Origin: Candidatus Aenigmatarchaeota archaeon
Lineage (GTDB): Archaea > Aenigmatarchaeota > Aenigmatarchaeia > QMZP01
Length of the DNA stretch: 64,000 bases
NCBI GenBank assembly: GCA_016198585.1
Contig: JACQII010000016.1
Coordinates: forward strand, 88,932-152,931
Direction of reading: 5' to 3'
The position numbers were made by a program, and so were the translations under genes. Shown piece after piece: positions 35,057 through 44,622 of this stretch (positions within the stretch are counted from its first letter, which is position 1; the number at the start of each line of letters is the position of its first letter). The notes beneath the pieces were generated by a model. The model worked only from the letters and a program-made list of their open reading frames with translations, was not told the DNA's origin and did not search any database.

Positions 35057-36168
35057 TCGCCAAAGGTCTTGAAGGGGTCGTGATCGCGGACTCTGCCATT
35101 TCCCTGGTGGACGGGAAGAACGGCCGTCTCCTGTACCGCGGCTATGCCATCGGGGACCTTGCGCGCTTCTCGACGTACGAAGAGACTGCCTACCTGCTGT
35201 TGTTCGGTTCCCTCCCTTCGCGTGCGCAGCTGGCCTCCTTTTCCCGGGTCCTGCGACGCTCCCGGAGACTTTCCAAGCCGCTGCTCGAGGTCCTGGCCGG
35301 TCCCTGCAGGCACCTGTTGCCAATCGACGCGCTGCGGACCGCGGTTTCCCTTTTGGTGCAGGACGATCCGTGCCCAGGAGACCGCTCACTGGAAGCGGTT
35401 CTGGAACGGGGCATCCGCCTGATCGCGCTCTTTCCCTCCATCGCCGCGACCCACTATCGGCTCAGCCAGGGCCAGAAGCCCATCGCCCCGGACGCCACGC
35501 TCGGCCATGCGGCCAACTTCCTGTGGATGCTGACCGGCAAGAAGCCCCCTGCCGAGGAGGCCAGGCTCGTGGACCTCGACCTCATCCTCCACGCAGAGCA
35601 CAGCCTGAATGCCTCCACGTTCGCTGCCCGGGTGACGGCCTCCACGCTCTCTGACCTCTATGCGGCGGTCACCACCGCCGTGGGCACATTGAAAGGCCCA
35701 CTCCACGGGGGCGCGGCCTCTGCTGTGGTCGCCATGCTCGACCAGATCGGCAGCGAGAGCCGCGTGCGCGCCTACATCCAAGAAACGGTCAGGACCCACG
35801 GCCGGGTCATGGGTTTTGGCCACCGCGAGTACAAGGTCCTCGACCCGCGCGTGCCGGTCATGCGCGACGTCGCCAGCCGGCTCGAGAAGGGCCGCCGCTA
35901 CTACGAGATCTTGCGCGCCCTGGAACGGGAGATGGCCCCGCTGGGGAAGAAGGGGATCTTCCCGAATGTAGACCTCTATTCCGGAACGGTGTACCACAGC
36001 CTCTCCATCCCTCAGCCGCTGTTCGACCCGCTCTTCGCCCTCGGCCGGATCGCAGGCTGGGTGGCCCACGTGCATGAGCAGCTCGCCGACAACCGCCTCA
36101 TCCGGCCCCGGTCAGCCTACACCGGTCCGAAAGCCCGGCGGTACGTGCCGCTGGAGGAGCGCCCATGA
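35053..36168 (+). CDS. gltA: Citrate synthase
   Basis: GFGHREYKVLDPR is present, with fold-like motifs throughout, in a 371-aa protein. Confidence 0.85.
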   Translation: MIAKGLEGVVIADSAISLVDGKNGRLLYRGYAIGDLARFSTYEETAYLLLFGSLPSRAQLASFSRVLRRSRRLSKPLLEVLAGPCRHLLPIDALRTAVSLLVQDDPCPGDRSLEAVLERGIRLIALFPSIAATHYRLSQGQKPIAPDATLGHAANFLWMLTGKKPPAEEARLVDLDLILHAEHSLNASTFAARVTASTLSDLYAAVTTAVGTLKGPLHGGAASAVVAMLDQIGSESRVRAYIQETVRTHGRVMGFGHREYKVLDPRVPVMRDVASRLEKGRRYYEILRALEREMAPLGKKGIFPNVDLYSGTVYHSLSIPQPLFDPLFALGRIAGWVAHVHEQLADNRLIRPRSAYTGPKARRYVPLEERP

Positions 36169-37064
36169 AGATCACCGTCGTCGGCGCAGGGAAAGTCGGC
36201 TCGACCGTGACCCAGCTCCTGGCGATGGCAGCCCTCGGAGAGGTCGTCCTGGTCAACCGGACCGCGGAAAAAGCCCAGGGCATCGCGCTCGATCTCCAGG
36301 AATCCGGCGTCGACGTCCAGGTCACGGGGACCGGTCGCTACCAGCAGACCGCCGGATCGGACCTGATGATCATCACCGCCGGCCTTCCCCGCAAGGAGGG
36401 GATGAGCCGGGATGAGCTGCTCCGCGCGAATGCGGGCATCGTGACCGACGCCGCCAAGCAGCTGGCTCGTCACTCACCGGACGCGGTCATGATCGTGGTC
36501 ACCAATCCCCTCGATGTGATGGCCGCCGCGGCCTGGAAGGCCAGCCACTTCCCTCCCAAGCGCGTGGTTGGCATGGCGGGCGCCTTGGATTCATCCCGGT
36601 TCCGGTCGTTCATCGCCCAGGAGCTCGGGGTCTCAGTCCGGGACGTGCAGGCGCTCGTCCTGGGAAGCCATGGCGACCTCATGGTCCCCCTCCCCCGGCT
36701 CACCACGGTCCGGGGCATCCCGCTCCCTGACCTGCTCCCGGCGAAGAAGATCGCGCAGCTCGTACAGCGCACGGTCGATGCGGGCGCGGAGATCATTGCG
36801 CTGGAGAAAGATTCCGCATTCTACGCACCTGCAGCTGCGGTCGTCGAGATGGTCGAAGCCATACTCCTGGACCGGAAGCGGATCGTGCCGTGCTCGACCC
36901 TGCTTCGCGGCGAGTTCGGGATCAAGGGCGTCTTCCTGGGTGTGCCGGTCGTTCTGGGTCATGGCGGAGTGGAACGCATCGTCGACCCGGGCTTGACCGT
37001 CGGCGAGAAGCGGGAGCTCCAGGCCGCAGGTCGGAAGGTTGCGGCCATGGCGAAGGGGGTCTGA
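36165..37064 (+). CDS. mdh: Malate dehydrogenase (LDH-like MDH)
   Basis: MKITVVGAGKVGSTV is the NAD-binding motif. LDH/MDH family residues are present over 299 aa. Confidence 0.85.
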   Translation: MKITVVGAGKVGSTVTQLLAMAALGEVVLVNRTAEKAQGIALDLQESGVDVQVTGTGRYQQTAGSDLMIITAGLPRKEGMSRDELLRANAGIVTDAAKQLARHSPDAVMIVVTNPLDVMAAAAWKASHFPPKRVVGMAGALDSSRFRSFIAQELGVSVRDVQALVLGSHGDLMVPLPRLTTVRGIPLPDLLPAKKIAQLVQRTVDAGAEIIALEKDSAFYAPAAAVVEMVEAILLDRKRIVPCSTLLRGEFGIKGVFLGVPVVLGHGGVERIVDPGLTVGEKRELQAAGRKVAAMAKGV

Positions 37065-38773
37065 TGGCCTGCGACGTGCTGGTCATCGGGTCGGGAGGAG
37101 CTGGCCTGCGCGCGGCGATCGAGCTCGCTGATCGCGGCGTCGACGTCCTGGTGGTCGGGAAGTCCAAGAAGCGCGACGCGCACACCATCCTCGCCACCGG
37201 CGGGATCAATGCCGCCCTCGGGAACATGGACCCGCAGGATTCCTGGCCGCTCCATGCCGCCGACACGATCCGCGACGGCGGGTGGATCAACGACCCTCGC
37301 GGCGTGGAGCTGCTGTGCAAACACGCGCCCCGGGCCGTTCAGGAGCTTGCGGAGTGGGGCGCGCGGTTCCACCGCGAACCGGGGGGGAAGATCACCCAGC
37401 GGTTCTTCGGCGCGGCAACCTACCGCCGCGCCTGCTTCAGCGGCGACCACACCGGCCAGGAGATCCTGAACGTCCTCGTGGACCAGGCGGAAGCCCGCAA
37501 GATTCCCTTCCGGAGCGAAGTCTACATCTTCTCCCTGCTCCAGTCCAGGGGCCGGGCGAACGGCGCGGTCGGCCTGGACCTCCGGACCGGGAAGATCCTG
37601 ATCTTCCAGGCAAAGGCCGTGATCCTGGCGACGGGCGGTCACTCCCGGATGTTTGAGCGTAGCAGCTCGCGGTTCTGGGAGAACAACGGCGACGGCATCG
37701 CGCTCGCCCTGCAGGTCGGCGCGCGCTTCCAGGACATGGAAATGTTCCAGTTCCACCCGACGGGCATGGTCCACCCTCCCAGGGCGGCAGGCGTCCTGGT
37801 GACGGAGGCGGTCCGCGGCGAAGGGGGCATCCTCACGAACGCCCGCGGCGAGCGTTTCATGAAACGGTATGATCCGGCCCGGATGGAACTCTCCGCGCGC
37901 GACCTGGTTGCCCGGGCCATCTACACGGAAATCGAACACGGCCACGGCACCCGCCACGGAGGCGTCTGGCTGGACATCAGCCACCGCCCGCTCCCGTACA
38001 TCAAGAAGCGCCTGCCCACGATGTACCGGCAATTCCTCGCGCACGCAGGCGTTGATATCTCCCGGCAGAAGATGGAAGTCGCCCCCACGGCGCATTATTC
38101 CATGGGTGGTGTTCTGATCGACCACACGACCGGCGAAACCGGGATTCGTGGCCTCTACGCGATCGGGGAGGTGACCGCGGGCATGCACGGCGCCAACCGC
38201 CTCGGCGGCAACAGCTTGGCAGAGATCATGGTGTTCGGCCGCCTGACCGGCGCACACGTCGCCCGTCGCATCAAGAAACAGAAGCTCCACCCGCTTGACC
38301 AGCGCCAGGTGGCAGGCGCCATCGGCAGCCTTCTGGACCGTCTGGCTCCGGCAGGGAAAGACCCGCTCGCGGTGAAGCGGCAGATCCAGGAGCTGATGTG
38401 GACCCATGTCGGCGTCGCGCGCCGGGAGAAGGAGATGCAGCACGCTCTTCGCGCCCTCGGCCGTTTCCGGGCGCTGCGGTTGCAGACCGGGACCTCCCTG
38501 GCGCGGAATCAACGGCTGGTCGCTGCCCTCGACGTCTTGAACATGTTGCCGACCTGCGAGATGATCGTCCGGTCTGCCCTCCTGCGCCGTGAGTCGCGGG
38601 GAGCGCACTACCGGACTGACTTCCCCACGACCCAGAAGCAATGGAAGAAGAACATCATCTGCACGCCCACCAAGGCCGGGGTCCGCCTCTCGACCCGGCC
38701 GATCCCCCCGATCCCGAAGCGGATCCGCCTGCTGGCCGAGCGGCCCAAACCCTCTGCCCATCTGCTCGAGTAG
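37064..38773 (+). CDS. Succinate dehydrogenase/fumarate reductase flavoprotein-family protein (SdhA/FrdA/TfrA-like, or L-aspartate oxidase), orphan
   Basis: VLVIGSGGAGLRAA (FAD), FQFHPTG and RESRGAHYRTDFP are present. The ATG at 37064 overlaps the mdh stop. No SdhB/C/D genes are adjacent. Confidence 0.7.
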   Translation: MACDVLVIGSGGAGLRAAIELADRGVDVLVVGKSKKRDAHTILATGGINAALGNMDPQDSWPLHAADTIRDGGWINDPRGVELLCKHAPRAVQELAEWGARFHREPGGKITQRFFGAATYRRACFSGDHTGQEILNVLVDQAEARKIPFRSEVYIFSLLQSRGRANGAVGLDLRTGKILIFQAKAVILATGGHSRMFERSSSRFWENNGDGIALALQVGARFQDMEMFQFHPTGMVHPPRAAGVLVTEAVRGEGGILTNARGERFMKRYDPARMELSARDLVARAIYTEIEHGHGTRHGGVWLDISHRPLPYIKKRLPTMYRQFLAHAGVDISRQKMEVAPTAHYSMGGVLIDHTTGETGIRGLYAIGEVTAGMHGANRLGGNSLAEIMVFGRLTGAHVARRIKKQKLHPLDQRQVAGAIGSLLDRLAPAGKDPLAVKRQIQELMWTHVGVARREKEMQHALRALGRFRALRLQTGTSLARNQRLVAALDVLNMLPTCEMIVRSALLRRESRGAHYRTDFPTTQKQWKKNIICTPTKAGVRLSTRPIPPIPKRIRLLAERPKPSAHLLE

Positions 38774-38774
38774 T

Positions 38775-39023
38775 TCAGGATCCCCAGCGCCATCGCGGAC
38801 GCTCGCCGGTCTTCCAGCAGATGACGAGGAGAAAACCAGTAAGAACGGCCACGACAATGAAGTACCCCACGACCGCCTCCCATGACGGTTCCTGATCGGA
38901 GAGGAGGCTCAGTGATGCGGCAACCAAGCTAGCGACGTACGCGAGCGTCACCGCTGCTCCCTGCCAGGTCACCGGATACCATCCCCAGCCATAGCGCTTG
39001 GCCTTGAACCAGAGACGCTGCAT
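38775..39023 (-). CDS. Small membrane protein (82 aa)
   Basis: It is Trp-rich at the N-terminus with 2 TM helices (AAVTLAYVASLVAASLSLL and YFIVVAVLTGFLLVICW). Confidence 0.4.
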   Translation of the reverse strand: MQRLWFKAKRYGWGWYPVTWQGAAVTLAYVASLVAASLSLLSDQEPSWEAVVGYFIVVAVLTGFLLVICWKTGERPRWRWGS

Positions 39024-39045
39024 AGGTTTTTCTTGGGAGGGCCGC

Positions 39046-39567
39046 TTAAGTAGTCTTTCGCTTTCCAGGCTCCCACGGGAACTTCCCGTGCCTCTTGTGG
39101 TAGGCGGCGAGGCCGCCCGCGGCTTCGAGGTCGCGCAGGAAACCGGTCAGCGGCGCAGCCTGGAAAGTCTTCTTGGTGCGCAGGTTGGTCAGCGTACGCT
39201 TCCGGAGATCAACCGCGACAGCATCTCCTGCTTTCACCTGCTTCTGGATGCCGGGAATCTCGAGGGCTGGCAGCCCGATGACGAGGGCGTTGCGGAAGAA
39301 GATGCGCGCGAAGCTGTCCGCCACCACAGCTCCGATTCCGGCGTACTTGATCGCGACCGGCGCCTGCTCTCGCGAGGAGCCGCCGCCGAAGTTCACGCCC
39401 GCCACGATCACGTCGCCTTTGCTGACCTTCTTGGGAAACTCGCGATCGATCCCGTACATACAGTACTTCGCGAGCTCGACGGGGTCGTTCGTGCGGGCTT
39501 TGAAGCGGAAGGGGATGATCAGATCTGTGTTGACGTAGTCCCCGAAGACATGGGCCTTGCCGTTCAT
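39046..39567 (-). CDS. 3-isopropylmalate/(homo)aconitate hydratase small subunit (LeuD-like)
   Basis: The LeuD/aconitase swivel domain is present ([13 protein letters not shown]...[14 protein letters not shown]). Confidence 0.75.
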   Translation of the reverse strand: MNGKAHVFGDYVNTDLIIPFRFKARTNDPVELAKYCMYGIDREFPKKVSKGDVIVAGVNFGGGSSREQAPVAIKYAGIGAVVADSFARIFFRNALVIGLPALEIPGIQKQVKAGDAVAVDLRKRTLTNLRTKKTFQAAPLTGFLRDLEAAGGLAAYHKRHGKFPWEPGKRKTT

Positions 39568-40823
39568 AGGTACTTCCTCGGGTCCGCAATCCTACCCTCC
39601 ACCGCTGAGGCGGCGACCGTCGCCGGCGAGGCGAGGTAGACCTGGGCGGAGAGCGACCCCATGCGGCCGGTGTAGTTCCGGGGGGAACAGGAGATCGCCA
39701 CTTCGTTCTCGCCCAGGACGCCCATATGCGTCCCCACGCACGCCCCGCACGTGGAGTTCGTGAAGACTGCCCCAGCCTGCATGAAGGTGTCGACCAGTCC
39801 ATCTCGAACGGCCTGCAGGAAGATGCGCTTCGATGCGGGCGTGATCACGAGCCTGGTCCCGGCCTTCACCTTGCGACCCTTGAGGATGTGCGCGGCGACC
39901 TGGAGATCCTCGAGCCGGCAGTTCGTCGACGACCCCAGGAAGCCTTCATGGATCGGGGTTCCTTCTGCCGCGGAGAGCGGCTTGACGCGGTCCACGTGCT
40001 CGGGAAGCGTGACCTGCGGCTCGAGGTCAGCAAGATCGATCGTCTTCTCTTTGATCGTTGCCTGCGCGCCTGACTGGATGTCCAGCATCGGCTTCCGGCC
40101 GCGCGCCCGGAGATACTGGACCGTGAGCTGGTCGGGTGCAAACACGGAGTTCTTGGCTCCGCACTCCACTGAATTGTTGCAGATGCATGCCCGGGAGTCG
40201 ATGCTCAACCTGGTCCCGGTCCACTCCAGGCTGGTGTAGTTGGCACCGTCCTCGCCCAGCTGCCCGATGAGATGCATGATGATGTCCCGGGCGAAGACGC
40301 CTTTGGCCAGCGTGCCCTCAAGCGTGATGCGCAGCGTCTCGGGGACGCGCAGCCAGGTCTTCCCGCTGGCCCAGACCGAGGCAATCTCGGTCGAGCCCAG
40401 ACCAGTCGCGAACGCGCCAAGGGCGCCGGCTTGGTTCGTGTGCGAGTCCGCTCCCACCAGCAGCATACCCGGGACGACCTGCTCCTCGAGCAGGTGCTGG
40501 TGCGAGATCGTGCCCTCCACCACGTTGCAGGCATGACGCGCGCAGAAATCGCGCACCATCGTGTGCAGGGTGGCCACCTTCTCGTCGGCGGCCGGATAGG
40601 TGTGGTCGAGGAAGATAAACACTTTCCGGGGATCGAAGATCTTCTTCAGTCCCATCTCCTGGAACGACCGGATCGCCAGCGGCCCGGTCGAATCCTGGGC
40701 GAGCGTCAAGTCGACGTCCACCACGGCAACGTCGCCCGCCCGGACCTCCCGGCCTGATTTGATGGAGAGGGCTTTCTCCGCGAACGAGAGCGAGGGATCG
40801 GTGAGAATCCTGCGAGCCTCCAT
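39564..40823 (-). CDS. 3-isopropylmalate/(homo)aconitate hydratase large subunit (LeuC-like, aconitase family)
   Basis: Aconitase-family Cys ligand regions are present (GADSHTNQAG; NSTCGAC; CSPRNYTGRMG). It overlaps the small-subunit gene. Confidence 0.8.
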   Translation of the reverse strand: MEARRILTDPSLSFAEKALSIKSGREVRAGDVAVVDVDLTLAQDSTGPLAIRSFQEMGLKKIFDPRKVFIFLDHTYPAADEKVATLHTMVRDFCARHACNVVEGTISHQHLLEEQVVPGMLLVGADSHTNQAGALGAFATGLGSTEIASVWASGKTWLRVPETLRITLEGTLAKGVFARDIIMHLIGQLGEDGANYTSLEWTGTRLSIDSRACICNNSVECGAKNSVFAPDQLTVQYLRARGRKPMLDIQSGAQATIKEKTIDLADLEPQVTLPEHVDRVKPLSAAEGTPIHEGFLGSSTNCRLEDLQVAAHILKGRKVKAGTRLVITPASKRIFLQAVRDGLVDTFMQAGAVFTNSTCGACVGTHMGVLGENEVAISCSPRNYTGRMGSLSAQVYLASPATVAASAVEGRIADPRKYL

Positions 40824-40885
40824 GGACTATAGTGGGCAGCACGCTATAAAAAGCACTTATTAGCGGGACCAGCCCAACATAAAGC

Positions 40886-42262
40886 ATGCGGATGAGGATC
40901 GAGCGCGATTCCCTGGGGCCGGTCCGGGTGCCTGACCAGGCCTACTACGGCGCGCAGACGGCCCGGGCGGTCGCAAACTTCCCGATCAGCGGCGTCCGCC
41001 AGCACCTGGAGCTCATCCACGCGTACGCGACCGTGAAAAAGGCAGCTGCGACCGCGAATATGCGCATCCATGCCCTGGACCGGCGGCGCGGCCAGGCCAT
41101 TGTCCGGGCCGCGGACGAGGTCGTCCGAGGACGGCACGACCGGGAGTTCGTGGTCGACGTCTTCCAAGCGGGAGCAGGGACGTCAACGAACATGAACCTC
41201 AACGAGGTGATCGCGAACCGGGCAGAAGAGTTGCTCGGCGGCAAGAAGGGCCGCTACCGGCTCGTGCACCCGAACGACCACGTGAACCGGTCGCAGTCCA
41301 CGAACGACACCTACCATGCTACGGTCCACGTCGCCAGCAGGCTCGAGACTGAGAAGCTCCTGCGGGCCCTGCGACTCCTGCAACGGACACTGGAGGCAAA
41401 GGCGCGCGAGTTCAAAAGTGTAGTGAAGATCGGCCGCACGCACCTGCAAGATGCCCTGCCGATCACCCTTGGCCAGGAGTTCTCAGGCTACGCGGCCGCG
41501 CTGGGGAAGGGGATTCGCGTCGTCGCGCAGATGAACGACCTCCTCCTCGAGCTTCCCCTCGGAGGGACGGCCATCGGGACCGGCGTGAACGCGCCAAAGG
41601 GATATGCGCAGGCCGTGGTCCGCGAGACGTGCAGGCTCACTGGCCAGCGGTTCCGCGTGGCCCGCAACTACTTCAGCTGCCACCAGAGCCCCAACGCCGA
41701 GGCCGAGCTCAGCGGGGCGTTGCGGGCGGTCGCGATTGAACTGGGCAAGATCGTCGATGACCTGATCCTGCTCTCGTCCGGGCCAAACGCCGGTCTGCGC
41801 GAGATCATTCTCCCAGCCGTGCAACCGGGTTCGTCGATCATGCCCGGGAAGGTCAACCCCGGCATCGCGGAGATGGTGAACATGGTCAGCTTCCGCGTCC
41901 TGGGGAACGACCTGGCAGTCTCGCAGGCCGCCGCAGCCGGGCAGCTGGAACTGAACGTCTACACGCCCGTCATCTCCTACAACCTCCTGGAGTCCATCAA
42001 GCTCCTTACCCATGCCAGCCTCGTGTTCGAGGAGAAGTGCCTGCGTGGTGTGCAAGTCAACTACCTGCGCATCCGGTCGTACCTGGAAAGGAACCCCATC
42101 ATCGCCACGGCCCTCACTCCCCGGATCGGCTACGAGCGGGCGGCCCAGGCCGTCCGCATCTCCTATGAGAAAGGCCTCCCGGTCCGCGACGTGGTCGTGC
42201 AGAAAGGCTGGCTCTCGCGGCGGGAGGCCGACCAGCTACTGCGCGATGCAGAGCCCCGCTAG
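40886..42262 (+). CDS. Fumarate hydratase class II / aspartate ammonia-lyase family protein
   Basis: GSSIMPGKVNP is the fumarate-lyase signature. The N-terminus is DSLGPVRVPDQAYYGAQTARAVANFPISG. Confidence 0.8.
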   Translation: MRMRIERDSLGPVRVPDQAYYGAQTARAVANFPISGVRQHLELIHAYATVKKAAATANMRIHALDRRRGQAIVRAADEVVRGRHDREFVVDVFQAGAGTSTNMNLNEVIANRAEELLGGKKGRYRLVHPNDHVNRSQSTNDTYHATVHVASRLETEKLLRALRLLQRTLEAKAREFKSVVKIGRTHLQDALPITLGQEFSGYAAALGKGIRVVAQMNDLLLELPLGGTAIGTGVNAPKGYAQAVVRETCRLTGQRFRVARNYFSCHQSPNAEAELSGALRAVAIELGKIVDDLILLSSGPNAGLREIILPAVQPGSSIMPGKVNPGIAEMVNMVSFRVLGNDLAVSQAAAAGQLELNVYTPVISYNLLESIKLLTHASLVFEEKCLRGVQVNYLRIRSYLERNPIIATALTPRIGYERAAQAVRISYEKGLPVRDVVVQKGWLSRREADQLLRDAEPR

Positions 42263-42327
42263 ACGGTGCTTCGGTATTTTCCGAAGAGAAGTGATCGGCC
42301 TTTTAAGTCCTGCCGGGAAGGGAGGTC

Positions 42328-42885
42328 ATGGACGAAACCGTGACCCTGGACCGGCAGACGTTCAAAGTCCTGGCGTCCGAGACGCGGGTGGGGATGCTCA
42401 AGCTGCTCGCCCAGCGACGGATGACGCTGACCGAACTCGCGACCAGGCTCGGTCTGGCCCCGTCGAGCGTCAAGGAGCACCTGGACGCCTTAGTCGCTTC
42501 CGGACTCATCGCCCAGGCCGACGAGGGGCACAAGTGGAAGTACTATGCGCTCACCGAAAAGGGCAAGGACATCCTCCACCCCGCGGAGAAGAGGGTCTTC
42601 ATCCTGCTCGGGCTCGGGCTCGTGATTGGGATCGCCAGCCTGGCCTCGCTCGCCGCGAACCTCCCCGCCAGCGAACGTTTTGCCGCGACCGATCTCGTCG
42701 AGATCCCGCAGGTGGCGGCCCCTGCCACCACTCTGCCGGGTGCACTCCCTGAAGATGCTCCTGATTCTGCGCCCTTCCCCACCACGACACTGAGCATCGC
42801 CCTGGCGGCGCTGATCATAGCCGGAGGATGCGCCGGCTACCTCCTGGGGATACGGCGCGGCGTGCGGTTCGGGATGTCCGCGTAA
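42328..42885 (+). CDS. ArsR-family wHTH regulator with a C-terminal membrane anchor
   Basis: The HTH is VLASETRVGMLKLLAQRRMTLTELATRLGLAPSSVKEHL. TM segments are VFILLGLGLVIGIASLASLAA and LSIALAALIIAGGCAGYLL. Confidence 0.6.
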   Translation: MDETVTLDRQTFKVLASETRVGMLKLLAQRRMTLTELATRLGLAPSSVKEHLDALVASGLIAQADEGHKWKYYALTEKGKDILHPAEKRVFILLGLGLVIGIASLASLAANLPASERFAATDLVEIPQVAAPATTLPGALPEDAPDSAPFPTTTLSIALAALIIAGGCAGYLLGIRRGVRFGMSA

Positions 42886-42904
42886 TCTCCCGGACGGGGA
42901 GGCG

Positions 42905-43912
42905 TCACCCGAACGTGAAGCTATAGGCCTGGACACCCGGGGTGAACTGAAGTTCAAGGACGTGAGGGCCAGGTACAGGGGAAGCCACGAGGCGGTAGAG
43001 GCGCTCCCCGCTGACGGCGATGTTGCCATTGATCACGTCTTCGCCGGCAACGTCTGCGTCGACGGGTTGACCATCGAGCAGGACGGCAACCGTTCCTGAC
43101 CCGCCCAGGACCATGTGGACCTTCTGGGCGCTATAGATCAGTTCCACCGCTGCGTCAGCCCCGGCGAGCATGTGGTCCGCCTTGTTCGTCCAGCTGCCCG
43201 CGAGGTAGAGCGTGTTTGGCAGCGTCGCCGGGATCGCGTCATAGGTGACGACAGCCTCGGGCTGGATGCCTTCGGCGTTCCCGAGGGGAGCGCGGATGAA
43301 TGCGTAGCCGAAATACAGCTCAGGGGTCTGGATCGAACCGAAGGTCACGTTCTCGGCCGTGACGGCTGCTCCTGGACCAGGCGCGCCAAGCAGCTGCTGG
43401 ATCACGGCCTCCGTTTCCTGGTACGCACCCTCCCCGATGTGATCGTAGCGGATGTTGCCCTCGCGGTCGATGAGGTATTTCCGAGGCCAGTAGCTGTTCC
43501 GGTAGGCGCGCCAGGTGGCGAAGTCGTTGTCCAGGACGACGGGATAGGTGATGCCGTACTTCTCGACCGCGGCCTGGACGTTTTCGTAGTCGTGCTCGAA
43601 GGCGAACTCCGGAGCATGCACGCCGACGATGACTAGGCCCTGGTCACGGTATGCCGCGTCCCACGCGACGAGGTAAGGGAGTGTCCGAATGCAGTTGATG
43701 CAGGAGTAGGTCCAGAAGTCGATGAGGACGACCTTGCCGCGCAGCTCCTCGAGGGTGAACGGCTCGGCGTTGATCCATCCGGCGATCCCTGCGAGTTCGG
43801 GGGCCGGGCCGTAGCTGGGAAGGTCGCCCGTGGCGACCGGCGGAGGCGACAGCGCGAAGAGGAGCCCGAGGAGCAGGATCGCGGCCACGGCAGCCGGGAT
43901 CACCGGACTCAT
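42905..43912 (-). CDS. TlpA/ResA-like thioredoxin-fold thiol:disulfide oxidoreductase with an N-terminal anchor and a C-terminal beta-rich domain
   Basis: An anchor MSPVIPAAVAAILLLGLLFAL is present. The redoxin motif is WTYSCINC (CxxC). ATG 43912 overlaps the ccdA stop (ATGA). Confidence 0.65.
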   Translation of the reverse strand: MSPVIPAAVAAILLLGLLFALSPPPVATGDLPSYGPAPELAGIAGWINAEPFTLEELRGKVVLIDFWTYSCINCIRTLPYLVAWDAAYRDQGLVIVGVHAPEFAFEHDYENVQAAVEKYGITYPVVLDNDFATWRAYRNSYWPRKYLIDREGNIRYDHIGEGAYQETEAVIQQLLGAPGPGAAVTAENVTFGSIQTPELYFGYAFIRAPLGNAEGIQPEAVVTYDAIPATLPNTLYLAGSWTNKADHMLAGADAAVELIYSAQKVHMVLGGSGTVAVLLDGQPVDADVAGEDVINGNIAVSGERLYRLVASPVPGPHVLELQFTPGVQAYSFTFG

Positions 43913-44619
43913 AGCATGAGGTCCACGAAGAAGAAGGTGGACAGGTAGTTGATGTAGCCGGTGAAGACCAGGATGCCGATCGCAATCAGCAGCAGGCCCA
44001 TGATGATGCGGAACGGCCGCATGAAGCGTTCGCTCCGCTTGATGAAGGTCGAGGCCTGCGAGGTGAACAGTCCGACCGCGAGGAACGGCATGCCGAGGCC
44101 GGCGGCATAGGCCAGCAGCAGGTTGAACGCCGCCCCCGGCGTGACGATGGCGAGGGTGAGGATGCTCCCCAGGACCGGGCCGACGCAGGGTGTCCAGCCA
44201 GCGGCGAACGCGACGCCGAAGACGAACGAGGTCAGATACGTCCACCGGAACTTGCGGGGCTTGAGCTTGTGCTCGCGCTCAAGGAAGCCGATCTTGAACA
44301 GCCCAAGCAGGTAGACGCCGAAGAGGACGATCACGATCCCGCCGATCCATCCCAGCCAGAGGCGGAGTCCATAGGCGACGGTCGACAGGACCGTGTTCAG
44401 CAGCACGCCGAGGAGAGCGAAGATGAGGGCGAACCCGACCACGAAGCTGACCGCGTTGAGGAAGATCGTCATCCGTGCGCGTTTCGGGCTCGCGGAGATT
44501 TCGCTCACGCTGATGCCCGAGAGGTAGGAGATGAACGCCGGGACCAGGGGAAGGATGCAGGGCGACAGGAACGAGACAATGCCCGCGATGAAGGCGATCA
44601 GGAGGGTGATGTCGGCCAT
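43909..44619 (-). CDS. ccdA: Cytochrome c-type biogenesis protein CcdA (DsbD transmembrane domain)
   Basis: Six TM helices are present with a conserved Cys in FLSPCILPLVPAF and a second Cys-containing helix. Confidence 0.8.
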   Translation of the reverse strand: MADITLLIAFIAGIVSFLSPCILPLVPAFISYLSGISVSEISASPKRARMTIFLNAVSFVVGFALIFALLGVLLNTVLSTVAYGLRLWLGWIGGIVIVLFGVYLLGLFKIGFLEREHKLKPRKFRWTYLTSFVFGVAFAAGWTPCVGPVLGSILTLAIVTPGAAFNLLLAYAAGLGMPFLAVGLFTSQASTFIKRSERFMRPFRIIMGLLLIAIGILVFTGYINYLSTFFFVDLML

Positions 44620-44622
44620 GGG

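Noticed and set aside
38775-39023. Possibility that the orphan SdhA-like gene is followed by Fe-S or anchor subunits
   Set aside because: The only downstream ORF is an 82-aa Trp-rich 2-TM protein on the opposite strand with no Cys motifs. It is not SdhB/C/D-like.
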